Source: the human T2T-CHM13v2.0 reference genome, Homo sapiens
Length of the DNA stretch: 64,000 bases
Strand: one strand, 5' to 3'
NCBI RefSeq assembly: GCF_009914755.1
Contig: NC_060938.1
The notes under the pieces are model-generated. The model was not told where the DNA came from. It saw only the letters and a program-made list of their open reading frames with translations, and searched no databases. The position numbers and the translations under genes are program-made. The first letter of the stretch is position 1; each line of letters starts with the position of its first letter. Below are positions 51,386 through 62,552 of the stretch, piece after piece.

Positions 51386-52089
51386 GGCACCATGCAGGAC
51401 AGTAGGGTGATGTGGGGTATGGCCAGATGGCGTGTGGCCTGGGACCCGGGGCTGAGCCGTTTGCTTTGTGAAGTCGGGGGTAGCTGAGAAGGGGCACCAT
51501 TGGGAGGTGCCTTCTGTCTGCTGAGCTCCTCAGAGAGGAAAGTCTGAAGGCAAGGAGACTCGTTAGTGGCCAGTTAACTGTCCATGCGAGAGGTGCATGG
51601 CCTGCGATGGTGGCAGTGGCTGTGGCAAGAGAGCCTGCGTATGTCACTGGGGCAGAGTCAGCAGGACACGGTGAAATGGATGGGGAGGAGACAGAGGGTG
51701 GCTGGGGCCACTTCTGGACCAGGTAGCCAGCCTGATACTGTGGCCTCTAGTGAGGTTTCTGCTCCACGAGGGAGGACGAGGGAAGGGTCGTCCTGCCAGA
51801 GGCCTGACTTCCTCACAGGATAGGTGTCTGGCCTGAATCTTTCTCTCCTCACTGTGTCTCTAAGAATCCTCCCTGGAGGAAGCTGTCTAAGTATCTTAGA
51901 AGCTCAAGCAACATTCCACAAACGTTCTGCCTAAAAGGGACGGATTCTTTAGTTTATAGAATAAGAAAGGGAGGTGGATGCAGGAACAATGATGCCAAGA
52001 CCAAGACTGAGTTAAGACCTACTAGTTGAGTGGTTTGCTTTGGCTCCAAAACTGAACAGTTTCAGCCAGGTAACAATATCAATGATTAA

Positions 52090-52550
52090 AACAATAACAG
52101 CTATTGGGCATTTTCTATGAGGTGTCTGCTGTGCCAGGAGCTCCATCTACCTCATCTCATTTATCTCTTGAAATAGCCTGGAGGAATATTAACTGGGTTC
52201 TTCTTAGCTCCAGTTAACAGATGAAGAAATGGAGGCTTAGAATGACAGAGTAATTTTCTCAAAGTGCCACAGCTCCTGAGTGGCAGAGCCAAGATTCTGC
52301 TTAAGCAATGGAGGGATTGCACTGCCTGCGGTGGAATGGTGCTTGAGGGGGACACGAGGAGGAGGCAGAAAGGAAAGAGCCCTGGGTCTGGAGCCAGAGC
52401 CGTGTCTTAATCCCAGCCCTGCCATCTCCAGAGTCACTGGATACAAAGCCCAGTTCTCGCCCTTGTAAAATGTAGCACCTGCTCTCTTACCCTCACTGGG
52501 AGGCTGTAAAGCTCAACCACAAAGCAGAGGTGTTCATAATGCAGGATGCC
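52090..52550. mobile_element. head-to-head MIR pair (minus 52090-52300, plus 52370-52550)
   Basis: 'acagatgaagaaatggaggcttaga..gtggcagagccaagattc' and 'aaagagccctgggtctggagccaga..aatcccagccctgcca'. Confidence 0.65.
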
Positions 52551-53900
52551 CTGCTGTACCTGCTGCCCGTGCAGAGAGGGCCCAGGAGGTGGCCACTTAT
52601 TAATTTAAGGGAACAGCCTCAACAGCAGGCAGGAGGGACAGTTACACTCAGCCTTGTTCAGCTCGGCAAACCCTGGGGCCAACTTGGTGTCCGAAGTTGT
52701 ACCTGGAAGGGATCAAAAGATTCTTGGAGACTGGTCCTCATCTGAAGGGGAAGGGGAAGGACAGGAAATAAGTGTGGCAACCCTTCTACATGGCTGTACC
52801 AGGACAGTGCACAGGAACAGTGGGAATGGGCAAGACAAGGGAGATGTCCTTTTCCATGAGCCCCAAAACCTGGGAGATGGCTGGGTCGGTAGACTCATTC
52901 TGAAAACAACTGAAGGATAGGAATATAATGACAATTGGTAGAATGCATGGGTTTACTAAATACATATCTTGTAAAAGGGAAACATTTTCTTTCCATCAGA
53001 TAACTGGTTTTTGCTTGGGGCCAACAAAAATTGGATTTAGAGGCATATTGTGGCTCAGTGAAGAAATAACTTTTAGTTTACCTTACCCTTAATACTAACT
53101 TGGGGAACAAGCAGATATACCAGTTCTTTTAAGTTGAGGGCGGAGAGAAAAAGAGAAGGAAAATAGCATCTCAGTTGGAATTTGTTTATCTTGAGAACAA
53201 ACCTTCAAATGTAAAATTCTTCCACCGAGGCAAGATTGTCCTGGGGCACCCGAGCTGTGAAAGAAGGATGTTTATTGATTAAGTTCATGCATTTTACAAG
53301 GGGAGAAATGCCCTGTATTGCTCTGAACCTGACTTGCGGCCTAACTGTTTTTTATAGCAAAGTATTTTGTTCTGAAGCCTCACTCCATGTGGCCTGGTGG
53401 TCCTCAGCTGCTTCAGGCAAGTACTAAGTATTTTGGTTTCCTAAACTAGACACCAGGAAAATTTAGGGCAAGTTTACAACCTTCTCCTCTGCAGGCTGCC
53501 TTCCTCCCGCCCGTCTCTGATCACAGCTTTGAAGAACACTCTGGTTCTGGGGTGGAAGCTTTCTCGCCCAGCCTCTTAGCACCAGATGCAGCATAACCTC
53601 CAGGTTGCTGCGGGTGCCTGCCAGGGCTGATTGTTTAATCTTGCACTGTCTGCCTGATATATGACTAGGAGGCTCTGTCAGATGGGGTTTATCTTGCCTC
53701 ACTAATAAATGCAATAAAGCCTCTGCGTGTCACAGTTTGTAGCACTCAGGGTTGACAAAACGTCAACAAGTCTGTATATCTGGGTCTGCCCATATGGTAT
53801 TTTTATATTATTTATAGTTTATGTGTGTTTTGTCACTCATCCATCTATCCAACATCAACTGAGCACCTACCATGTGCCAGGCACTGTGCTAGAAGCTGCT

Positions 53901-54192
53901 TGATATGGTTTCACTGTGTCCCCACCCAAATCTCATCTTGAATTGTAGCTCTCATAATCCCCATGTGTCGTGGGAAGGACCTGCTGGGCAGTAATTGAAT
54001 CTGGGGGTGGGTTTTTCCCATGCTATTCTTGTGATAGTGAGTAAGTCTCATGAGATCTGATGGTTTTGTAAAGGGCAGTTCCCTTGCACAAGCTCTCTTG
54101 CCTGCCACCATGTGAGACGTGACTTTGCTCTTCCTTCACCTTCCACCATGATTGTGATGCCTCCCCAGCCATGTGAAGAACAGACTAATACA
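53901..54192 (+). mobile_element. THE1C-like MaLR solo LTR with 3' internal deletion, inserted into a minus-strand L2 (~53835-54560)
   Basis: 'tgatatggttt..tgtgtccccacccaaatctcatcttgaattgtagct'...'aacagactaataca'; perfect TSD ctgct 53896-53900 / 54193-54197. Confidence 0.95.
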
Positions 54193-55334
54193 CTGCTGAT
54201 ATGAAGATAATTAAAAGACACCCCAGTCCTTAAAAGCCCAGGGTCTGGGAGAGAAGACCGGCACATGAACACATAGTCGTAGTTCAGTGTGATAAGTGCA
54301 AAGATGGAGGTGAGGGATGTCACAGGAGAAAGTGAATAACTACTCTCAAGGGTCATTCTAGAAGAGGAAGGAGATAGTTTATCTGGTCTTAAGGGACTCC
54401 TAAGTGCTCCTGGGGCAGTCCGGGTTGTAAAGCCCTTGGAGATGGGCCGTGCCAACACAGACTGGGAGGGAGGGAAGGAATGCTCGTGGGAAATCTGATG
54501 CTGTTGCCAGAAGGAAGGGAACAGGTTGCCAGGCAGGCACAAATGATAGCAGAGTTTTACCTCCTGAATTCCCAGCAAGATCTAAGTTCCTTGAACTTGA
54601 AACCTGGGTCTTCAATTCGTCTTGCCTTCCCCATAACAAGGGGTAGCCCGCCTTAAACACCTGCTTCAGGGGCAGCCTGTCTGTCCAGCTGCTGTGCATG
54701 GCCAGCTGGGAAGTGGCTGTCAATGCAGGCTGACCTAAGAAGAGACTGAGGAATTGCTCTGGAAGTCCAGCCACCTTTGTCCCTCTTCTTGGCTTTCTCT
54801 TTGTGCCCCAAGGATAGCAAGCACCTTGTACCTTTTTCTCAGGGGCTGCCCTCACTGTCTTTCTGACTGGGGGCTGTCACTGCAGTCCTAGCTGGGCTCA
54901 CTTCCTGAGTGGTCCCTGATCCTCCTCATCTGTTCCAGCCAAACAGGGCTGCATAATGATTCACATCACTTACAGCTAAAACATCTTTAAACAAATGGGA
55001 ACTGCTGCTATAGGGAGCTTCAGACAGTGCACTTTACATTAATTTTAATGGCAGTGAGCTATATGGCACTCAGCTGAAATTTGTATCTAACAGATGATTT
55101 GGTATTTGGAGTTTCCACACTTCATGACTCAAGGCAGACTGAGAAGGAAGGGGGGTTGGAGTGGGAGCACACACAGCTGCTTGGATCATGGACGAAAGAC
55201 CCCCTAGGAGCAGGGAGGCCTTTGGAAGCAGTGCTCCAAGCTGGTATGGTCCAAGGTCAGTCCAGCGTCACAAATGATCCAATTTACTTAGTACCTCTTC
55301 CAGTGGTTTTCTGGCCAAAGGAGAGACCCTGCAG

Positions 55335-55635
55335 CTGAGGGGAAAGAGTGCCAGACCTGGAATTGGGAAACAGAAAGTCTGGTCCCACTCTGCTGGGAGT
55401 TGGCTGAGTCCATTGGGATAAATTACTGTCTATGTCTCAGTTTCCTGATTGGTGAGATGGGTGCTGGCCTACCCTTGAACAGGATTGTGAGGTTTGTCCA
55501 GGATGTTAGATGCTCTGAGCTTTATCTGTTTCCTCACCTGTGAGTGAGAGATAGACTCAATCTCTCAGCCCTTCCAGGTCTAAAATCAAATGAGAAATTA
55601 TGATAAAAATACTGTACTTGTTATTATTACCATTA
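55335..55635 (+). mobile_element. MIR fragments
   Basis: 'gtctcagtttcctgattggtgagatggg', 'ctgtttcctcacctgtga'. Confidence 0.55.
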
Positions 55636-56544
55636 TTCCAAATGGTAAAGTAAAGATTGTGCTAAGGTACTTAATAGCCTGATATTCTCCACTGGCCAGT
55701 GCTTAGCGAAGGGAGCGAGGCAATCCAGGACTTATGACTGGTCAGGGCATCTTCCTTGGGGAACAATGTCATGACAGCCTGCTTGGAAAGGAGGACTCCA
55801 TGGCAAAGGGAATTGTAAAGGAAATTGCCACTATCTCCCCTTACAAGTTACTGAAACTCATTCGACAGCAAAAAAGATACTTTTGCTAAGAAATAGGTTA
55901 TTGTCATAAAAAAATTAATCTGACTTCTGGCTAGAATAAAAAACAAATCTAAGTTTGAACTGAGGAGAGGTGCAAGGAGGAGCAAGACAAGGCCCCTTGC
56001 ATTTGCGTTGGGGAGGCGGCCATCTGCGCCTGAAGCATTTAATAGGGGTAAGTTAAATGAGAACACAGTGCAAACACATGCGATTAGGGGGTTGTTTCAA
56101 GGTGAGTTGGTGAATGAGTGGCACAGAGTAGCCTGTGGGGGCTAGAACAGAGACATTAGTGGAAGCCAAGTTCATGGAGTCTGAGGTTTAAGAACACACA
56201 GTGAGTGGCCAAGACTGCAGCCTTGCTGGTTCCTACAGAAGCAGAGGCCCAGGGTGGCAGATGAAGAAGGGAGGCGGCATACTTCTCGGGAAGGCCATAC
56301 TTCCTAGGCACCTCCAGAATGTGACCATCGGGGCTTTGTTAAACACAGAGAGGCCATCTCCCCCTACACTGATGCTGTCTTGTAACTCTACTTTGCAGGA
56401 TTCACTCGGGAACTTGGCAGATTTTGAGATCTCCTAATAAGTCTTTCAAGAAAGAGGCCTCTGGTTTAGGAAAGTCTTTACCAACGATAGGAAAAAATCA
56501 CCTATTTCTATCATCCAGACTTTCTCCTGGAATGGGCAGGAAGC

Positions 56545-56925
56545 AGCAGGCATCGTGGAAAGCACACTGAGCTCAAAGTCTGGATGGCCCAAGCTTTGGA
56601 TCTTGGACAAGCCACTTAAACTTTCAGGTTCTCAGTTTTCATATTTCTATAATGGGGTTAATTCTCACAGTCAGTGTGAGTCTCTGAATCAAAAAGAAAT
56701 ATTCTATGTGGAAGAATTTTGAAACTCTGAAGTTGTTACTGAAAACTGAAAATGTCTGATGCAGCTTCCCCGCTTACTAATTCTTTGAGCCCTGTTTTCT
56801 CGTCTGTAAGATGGAGATAATCGATAACAACACCTACTACTCAGGGGCATTTTCAAGGTTAAATGAGGCGATGTGCGTGGAGTGTTCAATATGGTGCCAG
56901 GCTCACAGCCTAGAGAATCCAAGTT
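56545..56925 (+). mobile_element. two MIR fragments
   Basis: 'tcttggacaagccacttaaac..ctcagttttcatatttctataatgggg' and 'ctcgtctgtaagatggagataat..ggttaaatgaggcgatgtgcgtgga'. Confidence 0.7.
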
Positions 56926-57559
56926 TGTTCCTCCTCTTTCTCCAGTGGTTCTGCTAAGTTACAAAGCTCAGTCGTAGGGAAAATTTGAAGTTGCCAGCAA
57001 AAGTCTCCATTGTAAACACTCTGGTAACTGTCACCTCTGGAGAGGACCTAAGAATTAAAACAGCTTTTGTCCACCTCTTCAGTCCAGCAATTCACAAGCG
57101 GACAGACATCTTTACAGAAACAGCTCAAGCCCCTTAGCAAACTCTGTGAGTTTGCAGGCAGCAGCCCACCCTGACCATCCCCTCCTCCTTTCTGGGCCTC
57201 TGAAGGCAAACGGGGAGCAGGTAACAAAGGGTGTGAGGCCACCAGTGAGGAACCTCAGGAATCTGCCTCCCATAGGTGGCTCGGCTCCCGTCCAGGCTAA
57301 GGGGGCCCCTGTGTGGTCCGGCAGCTGCATTGCTGAGGACTGAAGGTGATGCCAAGTAGTCCTGCCAGCCCAGAACTCCATGATGAATGGGGTAATTTAG
57401 TGTCGCGGGTTCTGTGCTGAGCAGGCAGTAAATCCTTGTTTGTTAGATTGCCGTAAGTACTGGGTAGTGCTTTGCACTGGCTCAGGAAACCTCAAATTAT
57501 CCAACATCTAAGCTTGATTTGCGTCTCTTTTGGGTGCTTTCTTGAAGTCTTTGAGACTG

Positions 57560-58065
57560 CCTCTCCTCTGCCTTTTGACAGATTGTTCTGATTCCACCTC
57601 CTGGTCCCATTTCCTTCGCCATCGCTCAGCTGGGTTGGCTGCACTCAGAGCTCCACCACAGTCCTTTCTCTCCACAGGCAATGCCACCCACTGCCTTGGC
57701 TTCCACCCTCACATCATGCTGATGCTACGTGACTTTCTATCTCCAGTCCCCACTTCTCTCCTGAGCTCCACGTCTGTATTTCCAGTTGCCTGCTAAGATA
57801 GGTTCATTTTAATGTCCCATATGACCTCACGCCCAGAGCATCTCAGACCAAACTCATTGTTTATTCCACATTTTGGTAAAACAATTTTTCCTCCTTTATT
57901 TCCTGACTTGTTTTATAGCATCATCACTCAACTGGAGATCATTTTTGAAACAACTTCCTTCTCATCTCACCAGTCATCAGGTTAGAAAAAAAAGCCCCCA
58001 AACTCATTTCCTTACTATTCATCTTCGACATTGTCACCAGGATTGTATTGTTAAAAATCAGCTCT
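57560..58065 (+). mobile_element. L2 internal fragment
   Basis: 'ctatctccagtcccacttctctcctgagctccacgtctgtatttccagttgcctgct..ccaaactcat'. Confidence 0.7.
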
Positions 58066-58070
58066 GTTTC

Positions 58071-58620
58071 TGTATTAGTCAGAGTTCTCTAAAGGGACAG
58101 CACGAATAGGATAGATGAATATATGAAGGGAAGTTTATTAAGTAGTATTGATTCACATGATCACAAGGTGAAGTCCCACAATAGGCCATCTGCAAGCTGA
58201 GGAGCAAAGAAGCCAGTCCGAGTCCCAAAACTTCAAAATCAGAGAAATCCACAGTGCAGCCTTCAGCCTGTGGCTGAAGTCCCAAGAGCCCCTGGCAAAT
58301 CACTGATGTAAGTCCAAGAGTCTAAACGCTGAAGAATGTGGAGTCTGAGGTTCAAGGGCAGGAAGCATTTGGCATGGGAGAAAGATGGAGGCCAGAAGAC
58401 TCAGCCAGTCTACTCCTTCCATGTTCCTCTGCCTGCTTTTATTCTGGCCACTCTGGCAGCTGATTAGATGGTGCCCACCCAGATTGAGAGTGGGTCTGCC
58501 TCTCCCAGTCCATTGACTCAAATATTAATCTCCTTTGGCAACACCCTCACAGACACACCCAAGATCAAGACTTTGCTTCCTTCAATCCAATCAAGTTGAC
58601 CCTCAAAATTAACCATCATC
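58071..58620 (-). mobile_element. MLT2A2-like (HERV-L) solo LTR, complete
   Basis: 'tgtattagtcagagttctcta..cccacaataggccatctgcaagctgagg..ttcaatccaatcaagttgac..aattaaccatca'; perfect TSD gtttc 58066-58070 / 58621-58625. Confidence 0.93.
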
Positions 58621-59119
58621 GTTTCTATCTTTCCATTGCTCAGAAACCTCTTTATGCCCTCCATGGTTTATAGGAGAAAGACTAAGCCCGTTAGTGTGCC
58701 TGTCACACTTTGACCTGCATTTCCCACCTGTGCCAGTGTCTCTCAGCCTTTTCCTTGCCCAGTGACAACTGAGGGATCAGTAACAATGACTCGTTACTTT
58801 AGTAATACTTACTGAGGATGGGGGGAGGGAGTCTCCTAGTTCGGTATTCAGAATCTGGGATGGAGGCAGGGATAGTAAACATCTTCCCAGAGGGCCTGGC
58901 CCATAAGCCCCTCCTGTGTTTGGGACATCTTTCTTGCTACTTCCCCTCATCATCCTGCTCCCTCATGGACTCTGGCAGCTATGTGCCTCTGGCCGTGCTA
59001 ATCTCTAGGCTTGGGACTTCCTTCCTTTCTACCCTGCTTGTTGCCAGATCTTGCTATATTGAGATGTCTTATAAAGTTGGAAATAAGATTGTTCTCTTGA
59101 GAGTTATGCAAGAACAGAT

Positions 59120-59560
59120 CATGTTTTTGCCTGGGCTCCTCTAGAAACCAGAGCCAGAAGCCAAGATTAATGTGCTGCTGCTTTATGGGAGAGGTAGAAG
59201 CCAGGGGATGAAGGTGAGGGGAAAAAATGGTGGTGAGAAAAGGGAAGATTGGAAGTGATATGAGGCACTACTCAGCAGCATTGGCCCCACTCCATTGCAA
59301 GCCATGGAGACACAACAGGTCACCTGGCAGGCAAGGGTAGCAAGGGGAAACCACATTGCAGGACAGCCCCTGGGAAGGAGAATGAGGAAACTCACCTGCC
59401 CAACTCCTTCCCTTCTCTCTGTCCCCGGTTATTTGCCCCACACCAAGTTGACTTCTCTGTGCTTCCAGGTTCATCAGCTAGTCCCTTAGCGGCCACTCAG
59501 GGAGCCAGATTCCATACTTTATGGGATCGCATTCCATCCAAGTCTATATGTGGACTGATG
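59120..59560 (-). mobile_element. ancient ERVL-class LTR (family uncertain)
   Basis: 'gggctcctctagaaaccagagcc..ctttatgggagagg' resembles antisense ERVL LTR ends. Confidence 0.4.
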
Positions 59561-60149
59561 ACTTGGGTGAATCAGGGCTCAGTGTGTGGAGCATGACATA
59601 TAGTCCTGGGGATCCCATTTGTCCTGGCAGGTAGGAAAAATACTGCAGCATAGAATGAAAAAATCTATATTAAATATTAAGGTGGCGCTTAAGGCTTTAA
59701 AGTAAATGTGTCTGTAGGAGTTTTGTTAGACTATACCCCCAACTTTCTATGGGGCACAGATTTGTTTTTTCCACAAAGGATCTGAGTTGCCTTGGATAAG
59801 AGCACAGGCATGTGAAGGCATCTGTAGGAGAGAGAATAAAGAGCTTCCAACCAGGAGGCCTCAGCTGTGATAGACTAAATGTGTTATGTTAGCTGCAGTT
59901 GGTGAGCAGTGGAGCCCCAGGAAAAGAAGTGCACGTCCACGCACTAACCAGGAAAGGGAGAGTCTTGACCACAGGCTTACTGATGAGGGCATGCATAATG
60001 TGGAGACTGGGTGCAGGAGTGTGCACAGCAAACTAAGTTTTCCCACTGTCTTCACAAGAGCATATCATCATAAATTGTAGGCTGTGAAAGATGTTAAGTT
60101 TTCTTCATAGTATCTGTTCATCCTATTTTTATTAATAGTCTTTGATTAA

Positions 60150-60593
60150 TGTTGTGATTCACCCTCCCTCATTCTAAGGCCACATACTTTAGGCATGGTC
60201 CCACCCCCAATTCAAGGGCTGGAGCATGGGATAAGCCTAGGCTAGTAAACACTTTTCATTCCCCTGACTATAATGTGTGAATCTTAGGACTTTTGCAGAT
60301 CTACTAGAAAAGGAACTATGTCCTAACGTAGTTTTGGAGTTTAGAGTGTGATGCTGGAGCAACTGCAGCCACATTGCTGTCATGGTGGAGAGAACTTGTG
60401 TGGGGTAGGGCTAACCAAGAGGAACCAGGACAAGAGATATAAAGAGAGGAACTAGATCCCTTTGGGTTCTTATATTAAGTCATGCCTGGGATCAGCTCTG
60501 CTTCTGTTTTTCTCAATTGTATGAACGCTTTTTTGCCTAAGCCAGTTGGGTTGGGTTTTTTGTCATTTGCAACCATAAGAATTCTAATGACCA
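60150..60593 (+). mobile_element. MaLR LTR (MLT1K-like)
   Basis: 'gctggagcaactgcagccacattg..gcctaagccagttgggttgggttttttgtcatttgcaacca'. Confidence 0.75.
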
Positions 60594-61067
60594 CTCGTAC
60601 ATCAGACCATCTAAGCCTAATGGCAATTACATATTTGCTTCCTCTCACTTTCCTTGGTTTCATTTCATTATTATCAAGCTGCCTTCTGATTATTGTTGAA
60701 TTTCCAAGTGGGTCTTTCCAGAGGGAGTGAGTTTACTGATCACTTATGTTCATAGGCTCTTCTCATCCAAATAACAGGTGTTTTTGTTTACCGTGTGTAT
60801 GTGTGAGGAAGTAAGTGGGTTTTCTGAGTTTATTATTTGGTTACTGTGAGCCTGATTCTTCAGAGAATGTGAAAACTGGGTTTCTGGTTTAGAAGATTGA
60901 GGGGCAGATTCTGGATTGTGGGAAAATTGACCAGAGTGGTAAATACAGCCTCTGGGCCTTTTCCCTTGAAGAAAAACCTGGTATCAATGTGTAGCTATGT
61001 GAGTATTTAATATGTTTCACTTCCTTGTCCTTCAAGAACTGTCTGAAATATCTCTTCCTCCTCCTTT

Positions 61068-61811
61068 TGACGTAGGATTTTTCTCAATCACTTTGCCAGC
61101 TGAGAACCTCTAGCCGATGATGACCCACCCCAGGCCTTGCTTAGGCACACCGCCTGACACAGGAGGCACCCTGTTCACTCAGCCCACCCATGCTTAGTCT
61201 AGCTTGTGCACTGGCTTAGCCTGTGGCTGGGCCAGGTGTGCCCCAGCCCACCTGTGTTATAGATTGTACTCATGTGCAGTGGTTCCTGACCTCTTGTCCC
61301 ATGTCCAAGAAGAATGAGAATATGCTGATAATTGAAGGGTGAGGAGGATGGGGAATAATTTTATTGAGTGATGGAACAGCTCTCAGCAGAGAGGGCATGC
61401 TGAGAGCTGTTCCAGGGCATGCTGAGAACTGAGGGGGTCCCCCACCCCCACAGTCAGGTGATTTCTGTCTCAGTGTGGCTGAGTCCGGGGCTTTTATGGG
61501 CTCAGAATAGGGGAGTGCATGCTGATTGGTTTGTAAGTATGCAGAGAAAGGCTAAAGCAAATGCACCACTCAATGTGAGTATGGCAGTATAGAAAACCAA
61601 TTAGGAAAGGGTAGGTATATGTAAAATAGTTGAAGGGTGGGGATCAATCAGAGGAAAGCATGCCAAATGGGAAGACAGGTTCTTAATCTGGTCCATGGAT
61701 TTGACTTGTAGCTTGGCTTTCAGGCTATAAACTGTCTTTGGCTTGGAGGTGGGGTTTTACCAGGTACTTGCCCCATCTGCCTAGGCATTTGTCTGCCTCT
61801 TGCCACTATCA
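61068..61811 (-). mobile_element. ERV1 solo LTR (LTR27/LTR28-like), complete
   Basis: minus-strand 5' end 'tgatagtggcaagaggcagacaaatgcctaggcagatgggg', CCAAT and ataaaa promoter region, AATAAA, 3' end 'aaaatcctacgtca'; perfect 4-bp TSD cttt 61064-61067 / 61812-61815. Confidence 0.88.
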
Positions 61812-62267
61812 CTTTCATGTTCATTGACTAATTCAGTCAACAATTACTTACCAAGCACTGGGAACACATGGTGAAAAAAACAGGCAAGCAGTGCAGCTAT
61901 GGAGGGAAAGCTGAGGACCAGTGTCAGGTGGCACAGACCCTGAGCAGTTTGGAGGTCACAGAAGATTAGGGCCTTGGGGTGGGTGGACTGGGCATGGTGT
62001 CAGGAGCATCCATGGTTTTGAACTGTGGCAGTTTGTCTGCGGTAGCACGTAGCACAGCAGAGACTAGCTGCCTGGAGACAATTGGCAGAAGCAACAGCCA
62101 AGAAAAGCATCCGGATCAGTAGCCTGGGAGAATGAGGTGCACCTGGCATGGTCGACCAACTAGGGCCAGCAGAGTAACAGCAGACAGTGGAGTAGAGTTG
62201 TAGACAGAGATTGGAGTGGGGACAGAGACTCTGTAAATGGAAATCACTCTCCCTTCCTTTGGAGATT

Positions 62268-62552
62268 TTTTTTAAGACACAGGTTCTCTATCACCCAGGC
62301 TGGAGTGTAGTGGTGTGGTCTTGGCTTAATGCAGCCTCAACCTCCTGAGCTCAAGCGATCCTCTCACCTCAGCTTCCCAAATAGCTGGGATCATAGGTGC
62401 ATGCCATGACACCCAGATAACTTTTAAATTTTTGGAGAGACAAAGTCTTGCTATGTTGCCCAAGCTGGTTTCAAACTCCTGATTTCAAGTGATCTTCCTG
62501 CCTCAATCTCCAAAAGTGTTGAGATTACAGGCATGAGCTACCACACTCAGCC
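62268..62552 (-). mobile_element. Alu (AluJ)
   Basis: J-type 'gcagcctcaacctcctgagctcaagcgatcctc'; TSD tttggag 62258-62264 / 62553-62559. Confidence 0.95.

Noticed and set aside
54160-54172. PRDM9 hotspot motif in the THE1 LTR
   Set aside because: Reads CCTCCCCAGCCAT, lacking the T and terminal C of the active CCTCCCTNNCCAC form.
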